Part shown: in pieces, positions 41,455-54,441 of the stretch
How positions within the stretch are numbered: the stretch's first letter is position 1
How the letters are laid out: every line of letters starts with the position of its first letter
Assembly (NCBI RefSeq): GCF_030684315.1
Contig: NC_081382.1
Coordinates: 19,512,592 to 19,576,591, forward strand
Source: Stegostoma tigrinum
Lineage: Eukaryota
DNA length: 64,000 nt
Direction of reading: 5' to 3'
Position numbers and translations under genes: made by a program
The notes under the pieces: generated by a model
What the model was told of the DNA's origin: nothing
Databases searched by the model: none
Seen by the model: only the letters and a program-made list of their open reading frames with translations

Positions 41455-41785
41455 GAATGGCCTAGTGGCAGTTTTATGAAACTATTAATCTCGAAACTCG
41501 TAACGTTCTGGGGATCTAGGTTCAAAAGGCAGATGGTAGAATTTGAATTCAATAAAGAAAAGATTCTGGAAATAAGTGACTACTGATGACCATGAAACTA
41601 TTGTCAACTGTCAGGAGAAACCTTCTGGCTCACTAATGGTCTTCTGGGAAGGAAACGGCTCTTCTTACCCAGTCTGGCCTACATGTGACTCTAGATCCAC
41701 AGAAATGTGATTGGCTCTTAACTAGGCAATGAGGGATGAGAAGTAAATGATGGACTAATCAGCATTAACCACATCCTGTGAATGA
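41455..41785 (+). mobile_element. tRNA-derived SINE, family B
   Basis: GGTTCAAA...GGCAGATGGTAGAATTTGAATTC...GTCTGGCCTACATGTGACTCTAGATCCACAG. Confidence 0.75.
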
Positions 41786-43304
41786 ATTTTTTTAAAAATG
41801 TAACGCGAAAAATGGGTTCATCTGTTGTCCATTAATTAATGTTTCAACATCTAGCCAAAAAGACCTGGTACAAGAATTTTTGACAACTTATCACTGCATC
41901 TTAACTAGAACTCATAACAATTGTTTGATAGGGCAAAACTTCAGTATTGCCGTGAAAAAGACATTTTGTTGTGGTTTTTTTGTTTTTCACTCAACAGGAC
42001 AATTTTCCAAAATGTCAGTTAAAATGGAAATTAATGTTTATACTGTATGAAAGGAGAGAGCTGATGGATTAGCAAGTGGACTCTGACTGGGACAAAGGTC
42101 GCCGTTGAGAATGTACAGGTTGATGATGACTGACAGTCATCAGGGCGCCAGTGACAGAGCTGCAAAAACAGGTGGAGATGCTTGGCTCAAACCAACTTGA
42201 ATTTTATTGTGTGCACATCTAACAGACCCACAGCACCAATTATATTCTTAACTGTTACCCCCAGGAATTTTGAGGGATTAGGGATCAGGTGTGACTTCTA
42301 AACACATAAGCATATTTAATCACACAGAGAGTCAATTTCCATATGGTGAACTGCAGTTCTTTTATCACAATAATTTAAAATGATTTGCACCACCAGTTTC
42401 CTGACCTGGCTTATTTGGACACTGAGAATTACAGAACGGTACATCAAAGGAGGCTCGATGACCCATCAATTCTGGGCTGGCTCTTTTCAGGTGCCCTCCC
42501 TGCCAATGCTTAATGAGTGTATTTTGTTAAAGAGTTTTGTTGAAGTTAAAATTAGACTCTTAAAAGAACTTTCCACCCGAACACATCAGCAGCAGCTGAA
42601 GGAAAAACAGACAATTATGGACTTCTTACGTGCTTCTAAAACACCTTACCGACCTACCATCAGAACCAGTTACATATCTGTCTGTCGGCTTTGTAAAGCT
42701 CATTTTTCTCATATCTCTTCTGATTGCCTTGTTTATCCATCTATGGCTATGTTTTTGTTTGGGTCTTCCAGTATTAATCTTCTACTCTATTTGTCCTTAC
42801 TCTGCCTCACTAGGCTTTTGACAGTATCCCATTTGTCCTGAGCTGAGGTGTTAATAAACAATTTCTCAAGTTAATTTATTTCAGCTCTTCCTGCATCAAT
42901 TTCTAGCCAGCCTTTTAAAAATTGTATTCAATCACTGTGATTGCTTCTGAAAGTCAATATGCTACATGCCACATGTGTGTGTTTCTGAATTCCCAGTTGC
43001 TTTTCAGGGCAGACTGTAGATCTATTTGATGTGTCCTTTCAATAACATATATTCATCTCAAACGATTGCATTCCTTAGCTGTGAACTACTACCACCAGCT
43101 GGCTGAAAACACAATTTCTACTTAAATTTGAGAATTGGTGGACAAATTACAGTGTTTGCTACACAAATTTAGAGAAACAAGTCTTCAAGGAGAAGGAGAA
43201 GGAACAAGGTCAAATAAATCTACATTTATTATGCTGGTGTCATTCTGTCTGAATGAACGTTCAGTAAGTTTGCCATCACTAATAACCTGCTGTTATCTTC
43301 TCAA

Positions 43305-43502
43305 AGAGATAGTAAGAACTACCAATGCTGAAGCCTGAGATAACACAGTGTGGAGCTGGAGGAACACAGCAGGCCAGGCAGCATCAAAGGAGCAGGAAAG
43401 CTACCTTTTTGGATCGGGACCCTTCTTCAGAAACATCAGCTTTCCTGCTCCTCTGATGCCGTCTGGCCTGCTGTGTTCATCCAGCTCTATGCTGCGTTAT
43501 AT
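43305..43502. mobile_element. Palindromic mini-PLE, older copy
   Basis: Inverted arms meet at a degenerate hammerhead (GGATCGGGACCCTTCTTCAG|AAACATCAGC); flanks TTCTCAAAG and TTCTCGAAG. Confidence 0.82.
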
Positions 43503-44189
43503 TCTCGAAGTTCATTTATCAAATCTGTGTATGAAAATGGCCTCCAAACAGAATGGACTTTCACGGGAAGCCAAGAATCCAATGTACTCCACATATCTTC
43601 AAGTCATTTCAGAAAGTGACATGTATCTGAGGCTCTGCTGTATATTCTCATCATGTTACTGCTGTTCCGGAAACACATTCCATTGTTAATAACAATCTCC
43701 ATGTATTGTGAAACTGAATGAATTTATATTTACTAATGAATGGGTTGGAAGCTATGCCTTGTCCTTAGGTTGCAAAAATGATGCAACTAAATGTTATAAC
43801 TTATTAAAGATCTTAATTTTGTAGACTGAGATGTAAATGATTTTCAATTAGTTGCTGTTCAGATGGTAGCTATCTTGTCTTCCTAATCATGAAATATCAT
43901 GCCAGCATTGCAAGTCATCTTCAGAGCTTATTAAATTTGCTTCAGTGTGAAAACTAATAAGATTGGCATCTAATGTCTGCATTAAACCCTTGACAGAACT
44001 TGTATAGACTGCTTTATATTGATTCTCAAGTCCCTGGGGTTTAGTTTGGTGAAAAGCTGAAAATGGGAGTTAAATGGGTGCTGATTAATAAGACACGATC
44101 TGCTTGAAAGTCTGATTTTAGTATGTGGTTTTAACCCTACTTGTGAAATACCAATTTTAACTTCCCTGGAAATGTTGGTTAAGGTTAAC

Positions 44190-44290
44190 CACTCTGCACA
44201 GGAGTCACTGGACCTGAAATGTTAACTCTGTTTTCTTTCCACAGATGTTACTAGACCTGCTGAGTTTTTCCAGTAATTTCTGATTGTGTA
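44190..44290 (+). mobile_element. Old PLE terminal fragment of a different subfamily
   Basis: GAGTCACTGGACCTGAAATGTTAACTCTGTTTTCTTTCCACAGATG...GACCTGCTGAGTTTTTCCAG; related remnants near 18520-18650, 31260-31380 and 50650-50730. Confidence 0.5.
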
Positions 44291-45239
44291 TGTTTTACAG
44301 GCTGATCAGACATGGCTTTCAAAGAATAGTTCATGCAATTTCCAGTGCTCCCTTCGACTGATAGGCTGACCGATACAGTGTGGTGGGATTCAAGGTGCTC
44401 CAGAGATCAAGTTTGTAGACACTGCACTGGAGTTCCTGGTGGAGAAGGCCCAGAAGATCCTGTAGCTGGGAAGGTGTCTTCTTCCCATCCTGTCTCTCCC
44501 TCCTGCAGCAGCTAGCACTGCTTTCCTTGCTGGTACCTTTCAGATCAACGGGAATGTTTACCAGGATACCCATGATCAAGAACTGCCTTTCTCCTGGAGA
44601 CTTCAATAAGCTGTGTACTTAGAAAGGTTAGCACAACATTTCTCTTTTGAGGTGAATTCCTCAGTGAATTTCCACAATAGATGTTGATAGAGAGCTTGTT
44701 AAATTCTTAATGAAGTCTCCCACATAGTGTCCTTGAGGGTGTGCAATCCTCAAACAGCAAATCAATGGTGAAAGTTATTGTTGCTTTAATAGCATTCAAA
44801 ATCCTCAGCTAGAAAATACTTCCAATCAGCTGGTTGCTGTTAGGATTGGGGATATAGTCAAACAGGTTTAAGGGATCTTGTGTTGCAGAGCAGTGTCCAA
44901 ACCTCTGACCAAGGTTCAAGTTCCCTGTGCTCCAGAGATGTGTAATAACATCCCTGAGCAGGTTGTTTGGAAAATATCCAGTTGAGAAGTGTTACGTCCA
45001 TCAATTTGGCACGCAGCCAAATTAATGAATATCCGTATGCAATTTAAAGTGGCAATCAATTCCTTAATAATCTTTTGAGTGGCAGATTCCAGCTATTTAA
45101 CCATTTGGTGAAAACCAGTGTTTCAGCATAGTGCATAGTTAGACCATTAGAGTCTCTCTAGTACCTCAGATACTCAGGAGAAAATAACCTTTCCAAACAT
45201 TTGGTAAGATTAAAAACTCAGGATATAATTAATTTAAAG

Positions 45240-45642
45240 GGGTGCTTAAAGAGGGGAGATTTTATAAAAACATAAAAGATTATGAAGGAAATGGATAAAG
45301 TGGAGGCAGGGAGGTTGTTCCCGCTAGCAGGTGAAACTAGGACTAGAGGGCATCGCCTCAAAATAAAGGGAAGCAGACGTAGGACTGAGATCAGGAGGAA
45401 CTTCTTCACCCAAAGGGTTATGAATCTGTGGAATTCCCTGCCCAGTGAAATGGTTGAAGCTACCTCACTGAATGTTTTTAAGGCAAGGCTAGATAAATTT
45501 TTGAACAGGAAAGGAATTAAGGGTTATGATAAGTGGCCGGGTAAGTGGAGCTGAGTCTCAAAGATCAACCATAATTTTATTAAATGGTGGGGCAGGCTGG
45601 AGGGGCCAGATGGCCTACTCCTGCTCCTAGTTCTTATGTTCT
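45240..45642 (+). mobile_element. CR1 LINE 3' fragment
   Basis: MDKVEAGRLFPLAGETRTRGHRLKIKG...RRNFFTQRVMNLWNSLP; tail CCTACTCCTGCTCCTAGTTCTTATGTTCT. Confidence 0.92.
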
Positions 45643-45747
45643 AAAAGTTACATGTGCTGCAATGGAAGGTTAGCAATGGCCATCAACAATATAAAAAATA
45701 TTGATTTGCATAGAATGGTTTCAATATTTTTGAATGTAAGAAAATTT

Positions 45748-46054
45748 TAGAATCCCTACAATGTGGGTGAAGGCCATTCAGTCCCTTGAAAGACTATCCC
45801 TCCCAGATCCACTTCATCTCTGCATTTTCCATGGCTAACCTACCTAGCCTCCATATCCTGGATATTATCAGCCATTTAGCATTGCCAGTCCACCTAATCT
45901 GCACATCTTTGGGCTGTGGAAGGAAACCAGACCAGCCAGACATGGAGAGAATGTGCAAACTCCACACAGACAATTTGCTGGAGGGTGGAATATGAATCTG
46001 GGGTCCCTGGCACTGTGAGGTAGCAGTACTAACCACTGAGCCACTATACCACCC
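45748..46054 (-). mobile_element. HE1-like SINE
   Basis: Minus-strand GTGGCTCAGTGGTTAGTACTGC...CCAGGGACCCCAGATTCATATTCC; internal duplication of the CATTT..CATGGC.AA segment. Confidence 0.8.
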
Positions 46055-47149
46055 AGTCTTCAGGAAGACTTCAAATCTAGTGCACAATGTCATACAATGC
46101 CAAAGTTCTTAAAAGAAACACACCAAAGTGCTACATATCAAAGCATGAGAGCATGAGAGTTCAAGGAACAATAATTTAGCAATATACGCTTACAAATACA
46201 TTTTCATTAAATAAATAAATATCAACAAAGATCAAATAATTAAGAGAGATCCAATGACAAAATAAATTGTACATGGTCTTAGATGAAAAATCTTGTCTTC
46301 TAATTCCCTGATTTACTATTCAAACATAATTAAAATCAAGAGTGAAAAGGCTGGATGTCAAGAGTCATAAATGTTTTAGTTAAGATGTGATATATTTTAC
46401 AGATACAGTTAAAATTAGGAGTGATATTACTTTTGGGAAAGTTGGTTTTTATCAGTGCACTTTAACATTGCAAGAGATTGACATTTGTTAGTAAAAAGAT
46501 TCTTTCAAAACTTCAAAAGCTTTGTTACTTGTGCTATTTCAAAACATCAAAGAGTTATAGTTCTTGTGTGGGAGAGAGGTAGAAGCAGAAAAAATTAACA
46601 AGAAGAAAATTTATAACTTATGGCAAATTAAAAACTAAAAAAACTAATATGACGTGAATAATTGGCATAAAAATATCATCATGAAGTCTATCTCCTGAAA
46701 AGTAAGTTGTGATTGGGTTAAACTAACTTTAGATTGGAAACACAACATCAAACACACACATACACAACTACAGAAAATAATGTTTTAAAAGAAAAAGGAT
46801 GGGCAGAAAGAATTATGAAAGCATATGCAGTTACAAATCTTAAGATCTGCTATTGTTGTGAGAATAAATGGACTTGATTCCAATGGTTTCGCTGCAGTTT
46901 TAATTCCTCGGTAATGGTAAAGCTGCCAATCTCCTGAAATTGGAGTTCTCCATGCACAGTTGTTGTTGTTTCAAGTTGCTTTTCCATCAGCCAGTTTCTG
47001 AACTTGTGCAATTGACAGACTGAGAGGCAGAGAATCATTTTCAGTATCCTTGCTGTTATCAGTCCATAGTGATTTCTCTACCTTTGTTTTGCTCAACGGA
47101 TACTGTTTAAATACCATTCCTTTGTATAATCTGGTATCTGTGTCATTGT

Positions 47150-48260
47150 TTCATAGAGTCATAGAACACAGAAACAGACCCTTCATTCCAACTTGTCCAT
47201 GCTGACCAGACATCCCAAACTGATCAATTTGCCAGCACTTGGCCCATATTCCTCCAAACCCTTCCTACTATGGTACCCCATCCACATGTCTTTTAAATGC
47301 TGTAATTGTACCAGCCTCCACCACTTCCTATGGCAGTCCTTCCATACACGCACCACCCTCTGCATGATAAAGTTAACCCTCAGGTCCTTTTCAAATCTTT
47401 CCCTTCTCAGCTTAAACCTATGCCCTCTAGTTTTGAAGTCCCTCACCCTGGGAAAAAAAGCTCTGGCTAATCACCTAATCTATGCCTCTCATGATTTTAT
47501 TAATCAATATAAGTTCACTCCTCAAACTCCCTGTAACTCAAAACCTCCAGTCCCAGAAACATGAATCTTTTCTGCAGTCTCTCAGGTTTAATAACATCCT
47601 TCCTACAGAAGGGCAACACAGTATTCTAAAAGTGGCCTCATCAATGTCCTGTAAAGCCACAATGTGGCATCTGAACTCCTAAACTTAATATTCTGACAAA
47701 TGAAGGCAAGCACACCAACTGCATTCTTCACCACCTTGTCCACCTACTCCACTTTCAAGGAGCTATGCACCTGCACCTCTTGGTCTATTTGTTTGGCAAC
47801 ACTTCCCAGGGCCCTGCCATTGAGAGTGCAAGTCCTGCCCTGATATGCCTTACCAAAATGCAGCACGTCATATTTATCTAAATTAAACTCCATCTGCCAA
47901 TCCTCAGCCCATTGGCCCATCAGGTCAAGGTTCCATTGTACTCTGAGTTAACCTTCTTCACTGCCCACTGCACCACCCATTTTGGGTGTCATCTGCAAAC
48001 TTACTAACCATGCCTCCTATATTTACATCCAAATTATTTATATAAACAATGAAAAGCATTGGACCCAGCACCGATTCTTGCTCATCACAAGCCTACAGTC
48101 TGAAAAGCAATCCTCTACCACCACCCTCTGCTGCCCACCTTCAAGCCAGTTTGGTATCCAAATGGCTGGCTCCCCCTAGATTCCATGTGATCTAACCTTA
48201 CTAACCAGCCTCCCATGTGGAACTTTGTTGAAATCTTTGCTGAATTCCATATTGACAATC
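47150..48260 (-). mobile_element. CR1 LINE 3' fragment (1.1 kb)
   Basis: FKTRGHRFKLRRERFEKDLRVNFIMQRVVRVW; (CATAGAGT) tail; similar to 21350-22822. Confidence 0.9.
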
Positions 48261-48377
48261 ATTACTGTAAGCTGGACAAGTTAGAGGCAATCTTGCACCT
48301 CTCAATATAAGCATTTACCATTTAAGTGTTAGTAAACCAAGGGATGCACATTACTTGATGCCACATTGAGTTTCTAT

Positions 48378-48995
48378 TATGACTACGTTATGACTTTAAG
48401 AGATGTTTTTGCCCCTTTGTTTTATTAAGAAAGGTTGAGACAGAGGTATTGAGTGCTCTGTTACAAACCAATAAAGTAAAAGCTTGCAAGGCCTTGTTTT
48501 TATTAATTTGGAACAATAGGAACAACATAAATAGGCGGGCCAAGCTCCAAGAGAGCCAGGACATTAGCTTAACTTTCAGTAGTTGCTGGTGTGTGAAGCT
48601 GGATATGGAAGCTCTTATTCCTCTCTCTGTTACATCTAAAAGCTGGGGTTCACTTCCAGCTGCTAGAGTTGCATGTGAGATAATTTGTTTTGCTAAAGTT
48701 GCCTTTGCCAAGGGTTTGTTTATGGGATGTTACAATATTGAAACAGTTGCTGTTTAGTAATTAAATAATCAATTGTTCCGTTATGTTTTCCAACGGAGTT
48801 GAGGTATTGCATTTCTTCTTTCTTTTGTTTGTATTTTAACTATAGTGTAAGAATAAAGTGTGTCTTGCTTCAAGCTTGGTAGTCTAACCAATCAAATTGC
48901 ACCTGGAACACAGTGCCTTACACTGGCCTTTAAAAATGTGGAGTCTAGGCGATCTTTTAAAAATATTTACAGGAGGCTTGGCCTGGTCCATAACA
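48378..48995 (+). mobile_element. Putative solo LTR, same family as 24375-25040
   Basis: Ends GGTCCATAACA, internal AATAAA at about 48852, both termini similar to the reverse complement of the first copy. Confidence 0.65.
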
Positions 48996-49869
48996 CACTG
49001 ATTGAAGTGGTGCTTCTGATGCAGCTAGCTTAGGTACTCCACATGGGTTTCCTGGACATTTCAGAAGATCACAGCAGCCATTTTTATTCAGCAATGTCCT
49101 TCTTAAATCTATTTTGAGTCTGTAATATTTCAGGTACTAAGTCAATACTGATAGTTGAATACTGATAGTCAATATTTAAGTATAATTGTAACATTAATCA
49201 GTATCCTGCTGGCTAACACAAAACAATTCCCCATGCTTTTCACAGCAGCAGCATTTTCTGCCTCTATCTTAGCGACTTTGTGTCCATACGTCTCTGGGTT
49301 CATCAATTCTGAAGAATGTGGAGGTTTTAGCGAGTGCTGCAAAGGCAGGAACCTAATAGACTGAGTGATCACATTCTGAGCTGTAACCATAATGTGATTC
49401 TAGAATATCAAATATTGAACCTTTCAATCAGTGATTCTATATTCTCTCTCTCTCCTTTATAGAGTATGTGTTCATCTACCATAGTCAGTTTAGAATTTCA
49501 CATAATTTCTCCTTCTTCACTCTGTATGTTGCCCTACTTAGTCATTTTATTCCTCCTACACCAACTTACTTTCCCTTCTGTACTGGCTTCTCTGTTGCTA
49601 TCCCTCCTACCTAACATTAATTTTAAAAGATGTTAATTTAAACCCTACCCATTGTATCAATAAGACACCCTGTCAGGGCATTAGTCCCAGATCTATCCCT
49701 TGTGCTCTGCGGTCCAAAATGAAAATGCAGCGATGTTTGATGCTTGTGATCATAGGGCACTGCAAGGCACAAAGCATTTTGTTGACATTAATAATGGAAT
49801 CTAATTTGTGTGGGGACGTTACCCTTTTCTGTTAGTGGCATGCAGTGTTTATTTTGGCTTACACACTAC

Positions 49870-50555
49870 ATACTAGGGTCCTGAGGAATGTTGCCAAAGA
49901 GACCTTGTAGTGCAGGATTATAGTACATTGAAAGTGGAGTTGCAGGTCGTCAAGATAGTGAAGAAGGCGCCTGGCATGCTTGTCTTTATTGGTCAGTGCA
50001 TTGAATAAAGAAGTTGGGATGCCACGTCATGGCTGTACAGAACATTGGTAAGGCCTCTTTTTGAATGCTGCATTGTGGTCTCCCTGCTATAGGAAAGAGT
50101 TGTTAAACTTGAAATGGTTCAGAAAAGATTTACGAGGATGTTTCCAGGATTGGAGGTTTGAGCTCTAGGGAGAGTCAGAATAGGCGGCCTATTTTCCTTG
50201 CAACCTCAGAGGCGGAGGGGTGATTTTATTAGAGGGTGAGGGGCATGGATTGGGTCAATAGACAAAATGTTTTTCCCAGACTAGGGGAGTACAAAACTTG
50301 AGGGCACTGGATTAAAAGGGGCCTAACGGACAACTTTTTCACACAGAGGGCGGCGAATGTGTGGCCTGGCGAAGCGGTGGAGACAGGTACAATTAGAACA
50401 TTTAAAAGACATCCGGGTGGGTATATGTAAAGGAAGGGTTTAGAGGGATATAGGTCATATGCTGGCAAATAGATCTAAGTTAATTCAGGATATCTGTTTA
50501 GCACGGATGAATTGACCTAAGGGTCTGTTTTGGTGCTGTACAGCTCTATCATTCT
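49870..50555 (+). mobile_element. CR1 LINE 3' fragment abutting the ATP6V1G1 promoter
   Basis: Colinear similarity with 22120-22820. Confidence 0.85.
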
Positions 50556-50805
50556 CTGACCATCCTACTTGAGTGGTGCGGTCAATAGGGTCAGATTTAT
50601 TTGGTGACTCTGACGGTCCTTTTGGTGCCGTCGGTCACATTAGAAATTTCTCCCTCTCTTTCTGTCTCTTCGCAGATGGTAGATCTGTTTTTATTTCAGA
50701 TCTCCAGCATCCGTAGCATTCTGCGCTTACATCGAAATGCAAAGGTGCAGTAAAGTGCAAGTCTGACCAAAACAATGAATGGTAAAAGGAGCATAGCCTG
50801 AATCA

Positions 50806-50874
50806 CCACTTCCGCATTTAGAGACGAGCCTGCAGGGTTGTTGCGTCACGTGGGTACCGTGTCACGTGGGGCGG
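50806..50874 (+). promoter_or_regulatory. ATP6V1G1 promoter: ETS site, two CLEAR-type E-boxes, GC box
   Basis: CCACTTCCG at 50806-50814; GTCACGTG at 50845-50852 and 50861-50868; GGGGCGG at 50868-50874; local CpG island. Confidence 0.75.
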
Positions 50875-50905
50875 TACCGGGGCCGTTCGAGCGGAGCGGT
50901 TGGAA

Positions 50906-50987
50906 ATGGCGAGTCAGTCGCAGGGGATTCAGCAGCTGCTTCAGGCCGAGAAACGGGCGGCGGAGAAAGTGGCCGAAGCTCGGAAGC
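50906..50987 (+). CDS. ATP6V1G1: V-type proton ATPase subunit G1, exon 1
   Basis: MASQSQGIQQLLQAEKRAAEKVAEARK(R); 82 nt; donor C|GTGAGT. Confidence 0.97.
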
Positions 50988-51197
50988 GTGAGTGTCTGCC
51001 CTTTCCTGCAAACTACCTCAACATAAAGCTTGGGGAAGAGGAGCACGGAGGGTCTCCTTGTCGAAAAAAAAACACCGTGATTCCGTGACCTCGGGAGTCA
51101 GCTGTGGGGCGGCTTGGAGCTGAGGCCCAGCCACATCCCGGCGCTCTCACAGACTGCTACTCTGTCCTGCAGTCGCTAACCTGAGGGCGTTCCCGTT

Positions 51198-54100
51198 TGC
51201 TGTGTCACTCCCCCCCCCCCCCCGCTGTGTCACTCCCCCCCCCCCCCCGCTGTGTCACTCCCCCCCCCCCCGCTGTGTCACTCCTTCCCCCCCCCCGCTG
51301 TGTCACTCCCCCCCCCCGTGTCACTCCCCCCCCCCGTGTCACTCCCCCCCCCCCGTGTCACTCCCCCCCCCCGTGTCACTCCCCCCCCCCGTGTCACTCT
51401 CCCCCCCCCGTGTCACTCTCCCCCCCCCCGTGTCACTCTCCCCCCCCCCGTGTCACTCTCCCCCCCCCGTGTCACTCTCCCCCCCCCCGTGTCACTCTCC
51501 CCCCCCCCCGTGTCACTCTCCCCCCCCCCCGTGTCACTCTTCCCCCCCCCCGTGTCACTCTTCCCCCCCCCGTGTCACTCTTCCCCCCCCCCGTGTCACT
51601 CTCCCCCCCCCCGTGTCACTCTCCCCCCCCGTGTCACTCTCCCCCCCCGTGTCACACTCCCCCCCCCCCCGTGTCACTCCCCCCCCCCGTGTCACTCCCC
51701 CCCCCGTGTCACTCCCCCCCCCCGTGTCACTCCCCCCCCCCGTGTCACTCCCCCCCCCGTGTCACTCCCCCCCCCCGTGTCACTCCCCCCCCCGTGTCAC
51801 TCCCCCCCCCCGTGTCACTCCCCCCCCCGTGTCACTCCCCCCCCCGTGTCACTCCCCCCCCCGTGTCACTCCCCCCCCCCGTGTCACTCCCCCCCCCCCC
51901 CGTGTCATTCCCTCCCCCCCCCCCCCAACTGCACGGCCCCCTCCCCCCCGTGTCACCCCCTCCCCCCCCCAACTGCACGGCCCCCTCTCTGCTGTGTCAC
52001 CCCCTCCCCCCCCCAACTGCACGGCCCCCTCTCTGCTGTGTCAACCCCTCCCCCCCCCAACTGCACGGCCCCCTCTCTGCTGTGTCACCCCCTCCCCCCC
52101 CCAACTGCACGGCCCCCTCTCTGCTGTGTCACCCCCTCCCCCCCCCAACTGCACGGCCCCCTCTCTGCTGTGTCACCCCCTCCCCCCCCCCAACTGCACG
52201 GCCCCCTCTCTGCTGTGTCACCCCCTCCCCCCCCCAACTGCACGGCCCCCTCTCTGCTGTGTCACCCCCTCCCCCCCCCAACTGCACGGCCCCCTCTCTG
52301 CTGTGTCACCCCCTCCCCCCCCCCCCAACTGCACGGCCCCCTCTCTGCTGTGTCACCCCCTCCCCCCCCCCCCCCCAACTGCACGGCCCCCTCTCTGCTG
52401 TGTCACCCCCTCCCCCCCCAACTGCACGGCCCCCTCTCTGCTGTGTCACCCCCTCCCCCCCCCAACTGCACGGCCCCCTCTCTGCTGTGTCACCCCCTCC
52501 CCCCCCCCAACTGCACGGCCCCCTCTCTGCTGTGTCACCCCCTCCCCCCCCCCAACTGCACGGTCACCCCCTCCCCCCCCCAACTGCACGGCCCCCTCTC
52601 TGCTGTGTCACCCCCTCCCCCCCCCAACTGCACGCCCCCCTCTCTGCTGTGTCACCCCCTCCCCCCCCCAACTGCACGGCCCCCTCTCTGCTGTGTCACC
52701 CCCTCCCCCCCCCCCCCCCCCCCCAACTGCACGGCCCCCTCTCTGCTGTGTCACCCCCTCCCCCCCCCAACTGCACGGCCCCCTCTCTGCTGTGTCACCC
52801 CCTCCCCCCCCCAACTGCACGGCCCCCTCTCTGCTGTGTCACCCCCTCCCCCCCCCCAACTGCACGGCCCCCTCTCTGCTGTGTCACCCCCTCCCCCCCC
52901 CCAACTGCACGGCCCCCTCTCTGCTGTGTCACCCCCTCCCCCCCCCAACTGCACGGCCCCCTCTCTGCTGTGTCACCCCCTCCCCCCCCCCCCCCAACTG
53001 CACGGCCCCCTCTCTGCTGTGTCACCCCCTCCCCCCCCCAACTGCACGGCCCCCTCTCTGCTGTGTCACCCCCTCCCCCCCCCCAACTGCACGGCCCCCT
53101 CTCTGCTGTGTCACCCCCTCCCCCCCCCAACTGCACGGCCCCCTCTCTGCTGTGTCACCCCCTCCCCCCCAACTGCACGGCCCCCTCTCTGCTGTGTCAC
53201 CCCCTCTCCCCCCCCCCCCCCAACTGCACGGCCCCCTCTCTGCTGTGTCACCCCCTCCCCCCCCCCCCCCAAACTGCACGGCCCCCTCTCTGCTGTGTCA
53301 CCCCCTCCCCCCCCCCCCAAACTGCACGGCCCCCTCTCTGCTGTGTCACCCCCTCTCCCCCCCCCCCCCCAACTGCACGGCCCCCTCTCTGCTGTGTCAC
53401 CCCCTCCCCCCCCCCCCCAACTGCACGGCCCCCTCTCTGCTGTGTCACCCCCTCCCCCCCCCCAACTGCACGGCCCCCTCTCTGCTGTGTCACCCCCTCC
53501 CCCCCCCAACTGCACGGCCCCCTCTCTGCTGTGTCACCCCCTCCCCCCCCCAACTGCACGGCCCCCTCTCTGCTGTGTCACCCCCTCCCCCCCCCCCAAC
53601 TGCACGGCCCCCTCTCTGCTGTGTCACCCCCTCCCCCCCCCAACTGCACGGCCCCCTCTCTGCTGTGTCACCCCCTCCCCCCCAACTGCACGGCCCCCTC
53701 TCTGCTGTGTCACCCCCTCTCCCCCCCCCCCCCCAACTGCACGGCCCCCTCTCTGCTGTGTCACCCCCTCCCCCCCCCCCCCAACTGCACGGCCCCCTCT
53801 CTGCTGTGTCACCCCCTCCCCCCCCCAACTGCACGGCCCCCTCTCTGCTGTGTCACCCCCTCCCCCCCAACTGCACGGCCCCCTCTCTGCTGTGTCACCC
53901 CCTCCCCCCCAACTGCACGGCCCCCTCTCTGCTGTGTCACCCCCTCCCCCCCAACTGCACGGCCCCCTCTCTGCTGTGTCACCCCCTCCCCCCCCCCCCA
54001 ACTGCACGGCCCCCTCTCTGCTGTGTCACCCCCTCCCCCCCCCCAACTGCACGGCCCTCTCTCTGCTGTGTCACCCCCTCCCCCCCCAACTGCACGGCCC

Positions 54101-54210
54101 TCTCTCTGCTGTGTCACCCCCTCCCCACCCCAACTGCACGGCCCTCTCTCTGCTGTGTCACCCCCTCCCCCCCCCCCAACTGCACGGCCCCCTCTGCTGT
54201 GTCACCCCCC
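51198..54210. repeat. Two-domain C-rich minisatellite in ATP6V1G1 intron 1
   Basis: About 51198-51910: unit GTGTCACT(C)n (~18-22 nt). About 51927-54210: unit AACTGCACGGCCCCCTCTCTGCTGTGTCACCCCCT(C)n (~42-50 nt). Confidence 0.98.
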
Positions 54211-54441
54211 CAGCTGTGTCCACCCCCCGCCCCCCCGTTTCATACTTCCATCGTGCATCTCTGCTGCCTCTCAATAACCCCAGTTCACTCCCACTTGTTG
54301 TTTCCACCCATCCAATTCTACCATGCACTCCTGCTCCTGGTCCTCCCCCACCCCACCAGCTCTGCTCTCTTTCCTCTTCGCCACCTCATTCTTTGTTTTA
54401 CTTGGTTAAAAACTGATGGCCTGTATACACTCCAATTATAG

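Noticed and set aside
46966-47150. Minus-strand open frame ending ...SLPLSLSIAQVQKLADGKAT*
   Set aside because: No recognisable homology, weak acceptor and no supporting upstream exon
49270-49345. Minus-strand acceptor-like TTCCTGCCTTTGCAG followed by LAKTSTFFRIDEPRDVWTQSR*
   Set aside because: Exon-like but unassignable; no partner exons found, and RNA evidence would be needed
51927-54210. Regular repeat array resembling CRISPR
   Set aside because: No unique spacers (only variable C-runs), vertebrate context, no cas genes
51197-54441. Three >1000-aa proline-rich ORFs and many Gly-rich antisense ORFs
   Set aside because: Translations of a stop-free minisatellite, open in all three frames, inside an intron with canonical splice sites
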